Assembly: GCF_037042905.1 (NCBI RefSeq)
Contig: NC_087253.1
Coordinates: 5,270,001 to 5,334,000, forward strand
Reading direction: 5' to 3'
DNA: 64,000 nt
Origin: Lytechinus pictus
Taxonomy: Eukaryota
Shown: positions 26,240 through 39,139 of the stretch, one piece after another
How the letters are laid out: each line of letters opens with the position of its first letter
Position numbering within the stretch: position 1 is the first letter of the stretch
Notes under the pieces: generated by a model
Told to the model about the DNA's origin: nothing
What the model saw: only the letters and a program-made list of their open reading frames with translations
Databases searched by the model: none
Translations under genes and position numbers: made by a program

Positions 26240-26476
26240 CATATCCACCTTGTTAGGTGCTCAAGGCGCTCCTATATTACCCGGCTAAGCTAGGCGTTCA
26301 TAGCGCACACAGCTTTTTAAGGAATTACTTCCTACCGGTACCCATTTACCTCACCTGGGTTGAGTGCAGCACCATGTGGATCAGTTTCTTGCTGAAGGAA
26401 ATTACGCCATGGCTGGGATTCGAACCCACGACCCTCTGTTTCAAAGTCCGAAGACTAATCCACTGGGCCACAACGT
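26240..26476 (-). mobile_element. tRNA-derived SINE with CORE-like domain
   Basis: Minus strand: A box tggcccagtgg, B box ggttcgaatccc, central cactcaacccaggtgaggtaaatgggtacc, and an L2-like 3' end. Confidence 0.85.
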
Positions 26477-27385
26477 CATCATCATCATCACCACCATCAT
26501 CACTGACTATGGAACCATCATCACCACCACCACAATCACCACCATCTTCATCATCTTCACCACCAACATCACCATCATCATCACCATCATTACTAACAAC
26601 ATCACCAACGTCGCCATCGCTCCAACCATGATTATCATACATCAACATCATTATTATCACCACTACCAACAACATCTGGTCCTGACCACCATACCAACAC
26701 ACTACCATTATCGTAACCAATAATTCCACTACAACCACAACAAATGAACGATCCTACCACTATTTCCCGTCAATACCAGAAGCTCCATCACCATAGTAAC
26801 AACCCATTTTGGTGTAGACCTACCACGGTAACTAGCACCACAACCAACATCACAGCCACCAATACAACATAAACATGATATCTACCACCCTCACTTACCC
26901 CATGTTAGCACCTCTTCAGCTAACACTTTACCACTATCAATAGCACCTTTATCAATACCACCACTTTCAAGAACGAAATTACAATCAGCGTCACTGCACC
27001 CTCTGTCACCAATAGCCTACCACCACCACGGCGCTACCAATACAACAACAGCAGCAACATTAGACCTACTATCATCACCACCGACACCATAACCATTCTT
27101 ATGCATAGCCCCTTGATCATATTAACCACCACCACCACCACCACCACAACAACACCTGGAACACCACAGCCACCACTATTACCATCACTACCACCACTAT
27201 CACCGCCACCACTATAACCACCACCACCACCACCACGGTCATCTTCATCTCACCATGTTTACCACAACCATCCCCCCCCCCCCACTGTCACCACTACCAC
27301 CATCATCAGACATCACCATCACCATTATCTCACCATTACCCATCCACCACCACCACTACCCCTAGCACCACTGCCACCACCACAA
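26477..27385. repeat. Degenerate (CAC/CAT/CAA)n trinucleotide tract directly upstream of the promoter
   Basis: Seen directly. Confidence 0.9.
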
Positions 27386-27409
27386 AGAGGCGTCGGCGAC
27401 CACCCTCAC

Positions 27410-27610
27410 CTAAGCAGCCACGCCCAATGACAATCTCCATCCATCTTCTTTATTGTGATGTCAGGGGACTTCCCCTTTCTCCGAAAACACTTGTCTTTCT
27501 ATGGACGCACTGACGCGCGGACACACACCAATGTGGATGCGGTGTTGTATTGATGCAGCATGTGTGTATAAATTTAAACATCATGCGCTGAGCGTAGAAT
27601 CACTGTTCAG
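27410..27610 (+). promoter_or_regulatory. Putative promoter of the tetraspanin gene
   Basis: GC/KLF box CCACGCCC 27418-27425; CCAAT at 27424 and 27528; CRE-like TGATGTCA 27456-27463 abutting kB site GGGGACTTCCCC 27464-27475; TATAAAT 27567-27573; Inr-like TCACT at 27600. Confidence 0.7.
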
Positions 27611-27725
27611 CTAATGCCAGATGCTCCACGCTCATGCTCCCACATACGATTGGAAGAATATTTGGTATACATCAGTAATAAACACCCATTTTTTCTTCAA
27701 GACGGACCTCTGAAACCATCTAAAA

Positions 27726-27791
27726 ATGGCGTTGACTGGATGTGTCGTATGTGTGAAATATCTCATGTTCGCTTTCAACTTCTTGTTTTGG
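27726..27791 (+). CDS. Tetraspanin, first coding exon (N-terminus and most of TM1); TSPAN4/TSPAN9/CD9-like
   Basis: Strong start context aaaaATGG; 22 codons MALTGCVVCVKYLMFAFNFLFW match the tetraspanin C-x-KY-x-x-F-x-FN-x-x-FW signature; canonical donor TGG|GTAAGT in phase 0 at the conserved first-intron position. Confidence 0.93.
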
Positions 27792-28510
27792 GTAAGTGAG
27801 ATTTCTCCCTCAATATTTACATGCGATACCAAAAAAGTGGATTCCACCAGAAGACTGGTAGACTTTCCACGCACAGGTCATTGCGTGATGCGAGAGCGGT
27901 AATGGAGGCTGGGGTCGAGTGCGAAGTTTCGATCGCCTGCGCTTGCCAAATCATCTGTTTACAATGAAAAAATTGATTTTCGCCACAAAGACCGCATTTT
28001 GTGGTTGGTACTTTAACTTTTTGATGATTAGATCTCGCTCCCTTTTCAATTCGTATTATTGTTCCGTTTCTTTTCTGTATAAGTTTCTACCTTTTACTTA
28101 GTTTAGAATAAAGAGAGACCGAGATAATAAATAATGCATACTACTACTAGGTTGATTCCTTTTTGTGTAATATTATTATTAAACCAGATAACGGCGCTTA
28201 GTGAAAACGGAATTCCCTGGTCAATCTTAGTTGCTAGTCTATTTATCATAGGGCAGAGCAATTTATCATCTTATTTCAATATTACTTTGCTAATCTTCAC
28301 AATAAACATCTATAGACTAAACAATAAATCCAGATACATATAGATGAGGACCAATGGAATTTTGGATTCAATGTTAATTGGTATCCTTTCATCTCAAGGG
28401 ATTTAAATTTAAATCATTTGAGGTTGACAAAAAAGTCTTTTGCATTCAAATTAAATCCATGCTACCTAGTCCTTGACCTTGACTCCGTAGTGGCTACCAT
28501 TAAACTGACC

Positions 28511-28728
28511 GGGCATGGTGGCTCAGTGGTAGAGCCTCTCCCTCATGAATGGGAGGTCGTGGGTTCAATCCTCAGCCGAGTCAAAGACTTATAAAAGTGG
28601 GACCTTCTGCCTTCTAGCTAGGCGCTCATTATTTAGATTGGAGAAGGGTAATAATAACATGTTATCCAGGGCACGCTGATAAAGCAGTTTCCAAACTGAA
28701 GTGGCTACCAAGGGTAAATAAACATTAG
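28511..28728 (+). mobile_element. tRNA-derived SINE with Meta-like central domain
   Basis: A box tggctcagtgg 28519-28529; B box ggttcaatcct 28562-28572; then caaagacttataaaagtgggacc...gcgctca and a LINE-like tail. The domain name is from recall and tentative. Confidence 0.8.
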
Positions 28729-28832
28729 TAAATTAACCTTTATCCTAAATTTTAATATTTCTCATAATTATAACCAAATAATTTTGTCATTTCCAGACAA
28801 ACCCAGAGCATGTTACTGACTACTCTTTTTAA

Positions 28833-29403
28833 AGGTTAAGTCCACGTAAACAAAAAATGTTGATTTGAATAAATAGAGAAAAATCAAATTAGCATAATGC
28901 TGAAAATTTCATCAAAATTGAATGTAAAATAAGAACGTTATGACATTTTAAAGTTTCCCTTATTTTCACTTGAAAACAATGAGGTGCACATCTCAGTGAC
29001 CTGCAAAATGAGACAGTCTAGGAGTTCCTTCACTCACTATTTATTTTGTTTTTATTGTTTAAATTATTCAATTTAATTTTGTACAGATTTGACAATAAGG
29101 ACCAACTTGACTGAACCATATAGGCTATTTTTAATTAAAATAATGCTAATTCCACATGCTCAGGGAGGAATTTATCTTTGTTTCACTTGACAATGTGGAG
29201 AAAATTAGAATATTTCATATTTCATATAATAAAATACAAAAAGAAATAGTGAGTTGATGACGTCATCAGTCTCCTTAAGCAAAACTTTAAAATGTCATAA
29301 CTTTCTTATTTTACATCAGATTTTCATGAAATTTTCAGTGTTATGCTTGTTGGATTGTTCTCTTTTTATTCAAATCAACTTATGGTAGGGGTGGACTAGT
29401 CCT
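28833..29403. mobile_element. Kolobok-type MITE family D
   Basis: TTAA at 28829-28832 and 29404-29407; colinear with 14299-14903. Confidence 0.88.
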
Positions 29404-29411
29404 TTAAAAAT

Positions 29412-29685
29412 AAACGTAGAAAGAAACCATAATTTTCGCCTGAAATTCCCTTCTACTATAGATTCATCTGTTCCTCTTTGAGTTTCTCATGATTTGTCTT
29501 GTAGGCCTATTGAACATCATCGCCGTCCCCATTTCTGAAAAAGGTTGAGTACAATTCTATTGTTGGTAGGATGAAGCTGGAATCTCCCTGGGAAAAAGAA
29601 ATATGAAGAGAGGAAGTGACGTGCAAAAAATATTGATCAAATGTGGGTACAGAGCATTATGCTACACTGTTGCTTGCTAACCCGA
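29412..29685. repeat. Second copy of the 16127-16400 segment
   Basis: Direct alignment. Confidence 0.9.
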
Positions 29686-30212
29686 ATTTGTAAAATTGTA
29701 CAAATGAATGTACTTTATCTACAATTAAAATGATCAAAACAATGTTGGCCAGCAATCATGCTCAAACTTGAGAGGGTGTGGCACAAATTACACATAAGTT
29801 TCAAGAACTGCATTTCAGCGTTAATTATGAAAGGGGAAAAATTGAACCGTACTTGAAGAAATAATGTACCCTAATTCATAAAATTGCCAGTCACCGTTTC
29901 CTTCAAACTAGCTTCGGTAGACGTGGGTTTCTTGAATCTCAGATCCATTTAGGCCTACATTGTACCATAGAGCTATCTGTAATAGCTCTATGATTGTACA
30001 TTTATCATCAACATAAACTGGTAAAATTACAGTAGGCCTACATGTACTGTATGTACACAACATATTCCGCATATGCAAAACATGTTGTGTTCATAATGTA
30101 TAGGCCTTGCTACTTTCATTTTACCAGTTATATTTCATGATAGAGTTCAGCCCTTATCCATACCTTGACACATTACATTGTGGGAGTGAGAAGTGTTTTT
30201 TATGTGTTATTA

Positions 30213-30455
30213 ATAATAACATTTATATATAAAATAGGACAATGTTTCTAAGCGTTTTAGCATGGCTACCCTAATCGGACGCTCGAGCATTAATGGAATT
30301 TCTTCTTACCGAATAAATACCCAATTATTACACCTGGGTGGAGAGTGGCAAATGTAGATAAAAGCTTTGCAAAAGGATGTGAATGCTGCCATGGGATTTG
30401 AACTTCAGACCTTGTGGTTAAAAGGGGGAAATAAGAGACTTTGACTACACAGCCG
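30213..30455 (-). mobile_element. Degenerate CORE-like tRNA SINE
   Basis: acacctgggtggagagtggcaaatgt and gggatttgaac; colinear with 26240-26476 and 61193-61525. Confidence 0.7.
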
Positions 30456-31119
30456 TGACGTTCTTCCAAAATGCATTGTGATGTAGATCATGGCAGATAA
30501 TGAAGAAAGGAGGAAATTTATGACAAAAGAACTAGGAAGGATATATGCAAAAAAAAGATAATGTTAGCGTTTGTCAAACACTTTATTAGTTAAAGCTTGT
30601 ATTTACTATCAATGCATGAAATACAATACCAGTCACATGTAATTTAAATTCCCACCTGAACAAATTTTCATATTACATGTATCTTACTGGTGGGATACAT
30701 GTGTGATACAATTGTGAGTGCTCTACCATTTTCTAAAATTGTACCAGACTACCAGCAAATATCAGTGTGATACCTTTATTGTGGAGGTTCTGAGGGCGGC
30801 AGAGGGCCTACAATTTTATAAGAAATTGTAGGTTAACTCATGGAGGTAAAAATTGTGCTTGAGATCAGTCGTATTTTTTGTAATGATATCATCAGGGTTG
30901 TTCTTGTAAACGCCCATTTTTATTTGGCATATATTTGGACTTGATCGTTAGCTAGTCAACAGTCTGCAGGCAGTAGACATAATCAATAGGTTTTGGTCTA
31001 GTCTGCAGTCACAGACACTGATTGACATTATAATCATTGATTATAATCAATCATCGAGCGGGTCTGGAGACAAGTCTAGCAAAAGTTATGATCATTTGAA
31101 GTCTAGGTCTGACTACTAG

Positions 31120-31966
31120 GAGGCCGTTCTCATTACGCTTTCTAAAACTAGTTTACTGGAAACCGATTCAGGAAACCACTTTGGAAGATCGCTTTGCTAG
31201 CGTTCCACTTGATCACACGAAAGTGGTTTTCAAAATCACTTCACGTAAAGCGCTCTTGTTGCTATGGAAACGCTCTCAGTGGGGTGACACGTTTCGCGCG
31301 AAATTCGAAACCGCAGCATAGGCATTCTACACCTGTCATGTGGAGTAGCGCGCTCAAAATGTGCGAAGATCGCTTCCCGAAGAACGGTTGTGTCCTCACT
31401 TACGCTAAAACCAGTTTAACGAGGCAAAGCGATCTTGAAAACTACATCGCGAGGTGGTTTTCCAAACTGGTTTGCAAGATCGCTTCCAAGACCACTTCGA
31501 CCGTTCTCACTACGCGTTAAAGAGAAATTCCAGTAGTTGCAGTAAACACTGATTTCATGAGAAATTCTGTAAAACCAGGCTTAATTGTCAGTATATCATC
31601 GAGGATCTAGATCTGGTACAGTTACATAAACTGAACTTTGTGAAATCTTGAAATCTACGCTGAAAAATGTTCAGACTGAACTTCCCCAACACAGGTAAGC
31701 GCACGTGGGACGGTGTATAATTATTGCTTTGAGCGTCGGGCCCGACGCTCTACCCGAATCCTGTGCTTATTTGCTGATTTCTCAGCAATTACACAATTTC
31801 TTCCAGAATCCTTTGGCACATGCGTTTTATTTATACAAACAGACACTTTGGTGGTCATTTCATTGGATTCTGTACGAACTCATTTTTATATCATTACCAA
31901 AACTAGCATTTACCTTTAAACTAGTTTCCAGTAAACTAGTTTTAGGAACGTAGTGAGAACAGCCTC
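31120..31966. mobile_element. PIF/Harbinger-type element (TAG TSD) containing a nested Kolobok MITE
   Basis: TIR gaggccgttctcattacg/cgtagtgagaacagcctc; TAG at 31117-31119 and 31967-31969; related fragment at about 42685-42815. Confidence 0.85.
31521..31915 (+). mobile_element. Kolobok-type MITE family E
   Basis: TTAA at 31517-31520 and 31916-31919; near-identical copy at 43184-43579. Confidence 0.9.
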
Positions 31967-33544
31967 TAGGTCTGACTACTCTAGGTACTCCAGACCCATG
32001 ATTTCCTGAATGAAATGTAATATTCAGTTTTTCCATCTCGAGATTATAAGGCTGTGTTTGTACAAGTATGCTACTATTCTAATTCAAATTAAAATTTGTG
32101 CAAAGTCCATTTTTATTTCACAATAGTAGAAAGGTCTATCATTTATTGTGTGTATGACTGTGAACTGAAAATAAATTGTATCAGATATGTTTGTTATGTA
32201 AATAAGAAGAATATGGCTAGTTTTGAGGGAAGGCTTATTATCAGGAGCCATGGAAACAGAGAATTGGGGCTCTTTCTATTAACATGCATGTACAAAAAAA
32301 CTGTAAAAATCTCCATCTGATTGTGTTTTTTACGTGGTCCCCAACACCACCCCTCCCCCATCCCCGCCCACGTTCAAAACCACCACTGTTGTCATAACAA
32401 GGATGAAATAAGAGGCATTTTAGCGGTTAAAAGTGGGTGTATGATTAAGCACCTAGTAGAGACAGACTGATAAATTCAATTCAATTTCAATTTAATTGTT
32501 TTTTTCCACTTTCAATTTTTCCTATTTAAAAATTATTAAACAGTTGACATAGTAACATTTTGAAGTATTTGTATATAAACTTATAAAGGTTTAAGAGACA
32601 GCTGGAACTTAAAAGCGCAGTGGGAGGAAAACAAGGTTAAAGCAGTGTGGTATTACATGTAGGCCCTATATTTTATATCCAGTATAACTTTGTGAGATGT
32701 TTTTTTTTTTGGCAGTTGAATTTTCTATCTAAATATCCTCTCATAGCAAAAGTTTGTTGACATTTTGGACTCCGCCCTACATGTATGTCTTTCTACAGAA
32801 TGAACTAGCCTAATAGCCTTGTATGTTGCGAATGGGCCGTTGTGGGAGGCAACTGGTGTTTCCAATCATTCTAGGGGGGTGTTTATGCTGCCTTTTGTAT
32901 ATTGCTGGGTCTTTCAAATAACGACTGTCAATTAAAACAACAATAGTGGATTGCAAGTCATTCTCTATTATTGCACTTTCAGATCGACTGTCAATAATGA
33001 TTTGGCAATATGTGAATTGAAATTTAAATCATTAAGATTCATTTGCAAATATGTAAAACCAATTATCTAGATTTAATCAAATCGTTAAGTATTGAATTTT
33101 AAACGTAAATCCAAAAATAGACTGGTCATTCTTCACAGTTGAACGAGAGTCGATTTAAATCATGAATTTTGGATTTTGGGTGTACAGCCTCCTACTTGAA
33201 TGACAAAATCATTGATGCTTGTATGTGTGGTTTTATTTTTGAATGATTTAAGAAGACGTTGTTCACTTTTAAAGGGATTAATTACTGAACTATGAAAAAG
33301 TAATTGACAGTAATACACACTAAAAGCCTACAACATAATGCTCCAACTGAAAATAAATTATGTCAGAATAATGAACATTTTCTGAAATCTTTTGATGGAT
33401 AAACAATTTTTATTAACATCATGTATAAATGCATTGTCTTGAAGAGGATTCATTCTATTTTAAAATCATTTCAACAATATGACATTGAAGGACCTCAGTG
33501 ATAAACAAATCAATTATTTAATTAATTTATAAAGCCTTCAATTA

Positions 33545-34055
33545 GAATTGAAACCAACTTAAAAAAAGGGTGTGAAACTATGAAACACATAATAATGAAA
33601 TTAACTTGAGTCGTACATAACTACTGGTCTAGACCGTTATTTATCATGCATGTTTGGTTTTCAATGGCGAGTGATTTGTTTTTACTTCCTTTTTCCTTAT
33701 CTCTTTATGGCAGCTTTAAGTTATTAAAGGATTAAATAGGCCAATAAAATTATATAAACCTAACCTTGGTTGTTTTTTTTTAAATGGTAAAGATTTTATA
33801 TAGTCATCCTTAATTTATGATCTGAAAGTAATTTTAAATATGCACATGCAGGCCTATAATTGAAACCAACATGAAAAAGTATAAAACACATTATTCTAAA
33901 CGTACTTCTCAACAAGGTGTTATTACCATATCATAAACTTGGGTTTTACACATGACTACATCTCCAGACTGCCATTTACCACGCATGCTTGGTTTTCAAT
34001 AGCGAATGATTTGTTTTTCCTTCCTTTTTTATTCCTTTCCTTTTAAGGCAGCGTA
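33545..34055. repeat. Old tandem duplication (two units about 310-340 bp apart)
   Basis: aattgaaaccaac at about 33547 and 33858; gcatg.ttggttttcaat.gcga.tgatttgttttt at about 33648 and 33983. Confidence 0.7.
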
Positions 34056-34955
34056 TAGACATTAGTGACTACATAAAACCTGGATGGTTTTCGTATAGTA
34101 TAATTGAAGAAATGCAATGGTACTGATTTGTTATTTTCACTTTGCACTGATTAAAGAGAGGGGGGGGGGGGTAAGGATGATTGCTGCGAGTGTGAGGTGA
34201 ATCTGGCCACCACCCCCCCCCCCCCCCGGCTCATGGGGACAAAACTGGATTTACTACATAGTCCTACCAGGGACGTGTCTCTCCCTCTCACTCCCTTGTC
34301 TACTACTATTGGAAATCCTGAAAATGTTCAGAAGTACAAGCTTTTAGTACATGTGAAGGTAAAATCTTTTGGAGATGTAACAAGTTTTCATGTGCTTGTA
34401 ATTAATGTGTTTGGTTTATAGGCCTATATGTTGGTGTAGAATTCTTGATTGATCAGTAAAATTGTTTTTTTTTTAGTGGGGGGTGTCTGGCAGATCTGTA
34501 AAAGTAGCTTATTTAATGAATTCCATGAACAAGTGTTTTTTAGAGTTCAATCTGGGAACCAATTGTTTGATTATAGATGCAAGCCTGGAATTTTTAGCTG
34601 CTTCTTTTTTTCCCAGATCCAGCCACCATGATGTGGAACAGATGAAAAATAGATGGAATCCACATATTTGTGCGCAAGATGAGATCATGTTGACAAAGTA
34701 GTGTTGACAATTAAAGCAAGGTCGAGGCCTGAGTTCAAAGGTTGAAGGTCATCTTCCAGTGAGGGTGATTCTCAGGTCACTCATGTTTTTGATAGTAGAG
34801 GGATGTAGGCCTATTTCCTATAGGACAGTACAAATCAGTATATATTTTTACACGACTACTTTTGAGTAGTCTGCAAACACAGACTCATGTTTGACACTTT
34901 TTAACTAATAAGTAAATGACAGGTCTAGAGTAAAGACTAAAATCCAGATACAAAT

Positions 34956-35430
34956 ATGCTTTTCACACTGTACTCTTTTTCCTTAACCCCGGGAAATTGG
35001 TGGGGCTAAGGGGGGGGCCTTAGCCCCACCGATTTCCCGGGGTTAAGCTTAGCCCACTTTGTTTTCACACTACGTTTTAGCAACATGGGCTAGCACGGTA
35101 AATGGTACGGTACTATCTGGCCCTGCAAAAATGCAGGGTTAGCTACATGTAGCACCACAATTGCGGTGCTAAGAGATGCAGTGTGAAACGCAACTGGGCT
35201 AAGGAAAAGTGGGGCTAAGCAATAGCCAATCACAGAAGTCGAAATTCCACGTTAATCACACTCTGTATGGTAAAATAATCAATATTCATGAGCGGTGGGA
35301 TAGTCCGGGTTTAAGGCGTTAACCCCGGCTGAGCAGATAGTATGGGGTTAAGAAAGACAGTGTGAATCCAAAAAAAGATAGTATGGGGTTAAGGATAGTC
35401 TCGGTTAAGGAAATGCAATGTGAAAATCAT
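34956..35430. mobile_element. MITE family G (atgcttttcaca TIR, Harbinger-like)
   Basis: TIR atgcttttcaca/tgtgaaaatcat; internal ttaacccc/ggggttaa repeats; inverted truncated copy at 51625-52380. Confidence 0.8.
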
Positions 35431-35848
35431 ATCTGTGTCAAATAAAGCCAGTGACAGTAGTGACAGCACATAGTTAATCTAGTCTCACTAATTCAGACTC
35501 TGTATTATGCACTATGCAAAATGCAAAACCTTGTCTGTGCCTGCAGACATGCAAGGACCTTCCTTGAGACATGTAACTTTTAGCTGACCAGACCAGTCTT
35601 GCTACATTGAATAACAGTTTACATTGGACCCATGGGAATTTCAGGGCTCTTTGTATTTTCAATCAAGTACCCTTATTTATCAAATTTTAACATCAAGCTT
35701 GTGATTATACATGTAATGTGCCTTGATGAAAATAAAGGACTGATATTGCTCTTTAAAACTGCAGACATGCCTATATTATATGTTAAACACTTTCTATTGA
35801 ATTAGTAATTGATACATGTACATACCTGGAAAGAAATAGGCCTACTCT

Positions 35849-36326
35849 AGGTGGTTTCAGACCGCCTCGAAGTTCGCCAGTTCCAGGTATTCTCTGATCG
35901 GGAAATTTACCCCGATCAGAAAATACCAGGTATTTTGGCGGTGTGAAAGCAAACTACGCGTAATATCCCCGAAAGAAAATACCCGATAAATAGTAGGTAC
36001 TTGGCGAAATTACGAGAACTTTCGCAGGGATTTTTCCAAGGTCGTGGGTATTTGGGCGGTCTGAAAGCAAATTACGGGAACTTTTAGCCCAGCGTGTCGT
36101 TGGGTGCGGCGCCGTGCATGGGTTGCTGCTGGGCTAGTGATTTTGAATTTCGCGCCTTGCTGCTTATCAGACCATACTGCGCATGCTCGTAACTTCAGGA
36201 ACTTATCCCGAAGGGTATGTTTCAGGGCGGTGTGAATGCAGGAATAACTAATGGGTATTTTTCAGCCTAAAAAAGTTCTCGTAATTTAACGGGGATTCTT
36301 GTGATCGAGGCGGTTTGAAACCACCT
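35849..36326 (+). mobile_element. Young MITE family B, copy 1 (478 bp, PIF/Harbinger-like)
   Basis: TIR aggtggtttcagaccgcctcga/tcgaggcggtttgaaaccacct; TSD tct/tct. Confidence 0.92.
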
Positions 36327-36352
36327 TCTGATTACAAAGTTTGGATGACAAT

Positions 36353-36830
36353 AGGTGGTTTCAGACCGCCTCGAAGTTCGCCAGTTCCAGGTATTCTCTG
36401 ATCGGGAAATTTACCCCGATCAGAAAATACCAGGTATTTTGGCGGTGTGAAAGCAAACTACGCGTAATATCCCCGAAAGAAAATACCCGATAAATAGTAG
36501 GTACTTGGCGAAATTACGAGAACTTTCGCAGGGATTTTTCCAAGGTCGTGGGTATTTGGGCGGTCTGAAAGCAAATTACGGGAACTTTTAGCCCAGCGTG
36601 TCGTTGGGTGCGGCGCCGTGCATGGGTTGCTGCTGGGCTAGTGATTTTGAATTTCGCGCCTTGCTGCTTATCAGACCATACTGCGCATGCTCGTAACTTC
36701 AGGAACTTATCCCGAAGGGTATGTTTCAGGGCGGTGTGAATGCAGGAATAACTAATGGGTATTTTTCAGCCTAAAAAAGTTCTCGTAATTTAACGGGGAT
36801 TCTTGTGATCGAGGCGGTTTGAAACCACCT
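36353..36830 (+). mobile_element. MITE family B, copy 2
   Basis: No differences from copy 1 seen by eye; flanks aat/att. Confidence 0.92.
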
Positions 36831-37054
36831 ATTGATTGGGCCTATTTAAACAATAAGTAGTTTATCTCAATTCCTTTCATGTTTTGCTTGTAGGTTTAGC
36901 TTATAAATCTTTAAACAATGAGCAGGAAATGTGTGTGGTTTGACAACGATTCAAATCAAGCAGAATCTTATCAAAGATAGGAAGACCTATTAATTGGTAA
37001 TTTGCTGGTAGCAGCAGTCTAGGCCTACAGTATTAGCCAAGGAATAACCAGTGA

Positions 37055-37427
37055 GGTTTATTTCCAATTGGTCCAATGCCAATTTGTCTAATTGCCAACT
37101 CCTTTTTTATCATTTGGTCTATCATCAATTCGTCCACTATCCACATGGTCTAATTGTCATTTTGTCCACTCACGATTTCCTCTAATAACCATTTGGTCTA
37201 TTTGGATAAGTGTTAATTGGGAGAAATGAATGAAAGAAAATGGGTATTAGAGCGACTGGTTATTAGACGAAATGGTCATAGATGAACTGGTGATGAGACG
37301 AAGTGATTATTGGACCAAATGGTTGTTAGACGGAATGTTGATGGACGAAATGGCATTAGACTATTAAAATGAAGGTAGACCATGTGATGAGTAGACGAGT
37401 TGGCAATAGACGAATCGGCAGTTTACC
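37055..37427. mobile_element. Family F element
   Basis: TSD accagtga/aacagtga (7 of 8); same internal repeats as 13151-13558. Confidence 0.85.
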
Positions 37428-37729
37428 AACAGTGATTGCTAATTGTAATTCCAAATTGTAATGATGGAATAGTGGAGAGTAGGAGTACAACGCAAAGATG
37501 TTTATGTGGTCTATTGATTAGGAAAGATTCATCCTTTAAATGTCAGCCTTGAGCTCTCATAAATAACTTCTACTCACACTGTAACAAGAAGGCCTACATG
37601 ATTATGTCGTCCTACATGTAGTTGGACGTTTGGAGTGATAAGTTTAAATGCAATGGAGAAACATTTTCAGTGGGAGGGGGAGGGAGGAGGGAGGGATATT
37701 GAACAAAGATTTGCCTAGACTCTAGAAAG

Positions 37730-38112
37730 AATACAGTGTCACACAATGTGTTCACAGTGTGGACTGTGTGAAAATATTATTCACGCTGTTAAAATGCTCC
37801 AATCCAACAGTGTGAAGATATTTTCACACTGTGGACACCTCGACAGTGTGACTGTTCAATGCGTGTTCACATTGTCGAATATGTGATTCATACTGTTAAA
37901 ATGCTCAAATTCAACAGTGTGAAAATATTTTCACACTGTGGACACCTCGACAGTGTGACTGACCAAAGCGTGTTCACATTGTCGACTATGCGAATATGTG
38001 GTTCACACTGTTGACATGCTCAAAATTAACAGTGTGAAGGTGATTTCACATTGTGTTCCACACTGTGAACACACTGTGGAACAACTGTGTTCGTTCCCCA
38101 CTTCCAGTTAGG
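37730..38112. mobile_element. Element with about 106-bp internal tandem repeats rich in CACAGTGTG/CACACTGTG
   Basis: ctgttaaaatgctc at about 37787 and 37893; inverted homologous end at 42558-42680. Confidence 0.7.
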
Positions 38113-39139
38113 AAATGGCAATGTTGTGAGCTTACACAAATAAAAAAACACTCCCAAATGTGTTTCTTGGCTTAAAATCTGTATGATCGCAGTCTTTGAG
38201 AGATGAACTTGGAACATTAATGTGTTCAGTACCTGGCCTCCCCAAAGTTTACTTACTTTAGGATTCGAGTGACAGGTGACCTTAAACATAAATAAGGTCA
38301 TGTGACCTGTGCATACCATACCTTCATATTCCTAAGAACATTAAACATAGTCTTGACTTCTCCAGACCTAGTTTTATTATTTAAGTGAAAGCTCAAGAAA
38401 CAAATCCTGAAATACCTACTGTTGCAGAAAAGTATACAGTTTTATCTGAAAATGTTGTCTGCAGATGTCTTATTTTTGTTCTGTATGGATATGCTGTATA
38501 GTTTCAAGTTTCATCTATTAGTTTGTACTAAAATTAAACATTTTTGTACAAGGACAATGGCCTATAGCAGCATGGATATAATAAATGACAGGAGGACAAG
38601 ATCTTTTGAAACCTCTTTGACCTCAAGTATTATCACCTTCATTCTGGTTTTAAGACATCTTGATAATTGTCAATGCAGAAATTGTAGGCCCAATGCATTG
38701 TTCTGCATATTACCAGTTTGTGCGAAAACTAAATTATATATATGTACAGCTTTAATAACACCTCAGTTTCAAAATAAAGTTCATGTTTGAAGGTTATTTG
38801 GGGGACCTCGGTGACCGTGAATGTTGTGTTATATCATAGAGAAATATATATATAGGCCTGAGTGACTATGTTTACATTCAGGCCAATTAATCTTGTTTAG
38901 AACATTATTTATGTATGATGCATTTCTTCTTCATAATGTCTTCACTCCACAGCGAGGACTCCAATTACCTCTTTCTCTGTAACTTGATTATATTCATACT
39001 AACTACATGTACAAGTGTTTAGTAGATTACGTGTAGTACATTTATGAAGGCCTACATTTTGTGTAATTAGATAATACAATTATTCTGTGAGATGTTGTAA
39101 TTAGCTCTCCAGATGGTTTCGAGAGTATATTAACCCTTA

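Noticed and set aside
26257-27385. Mucin-like or His/Thr-rich ORFs
   Set aside because: SINE plus degenerate trinucleotide microsatellite, with stops and frame drift.
28511-28585. tRNA gene
   Set aside because: A and B boxes are present but the acceptor stem does not close, and the sequence continues into a SINE body and tail.
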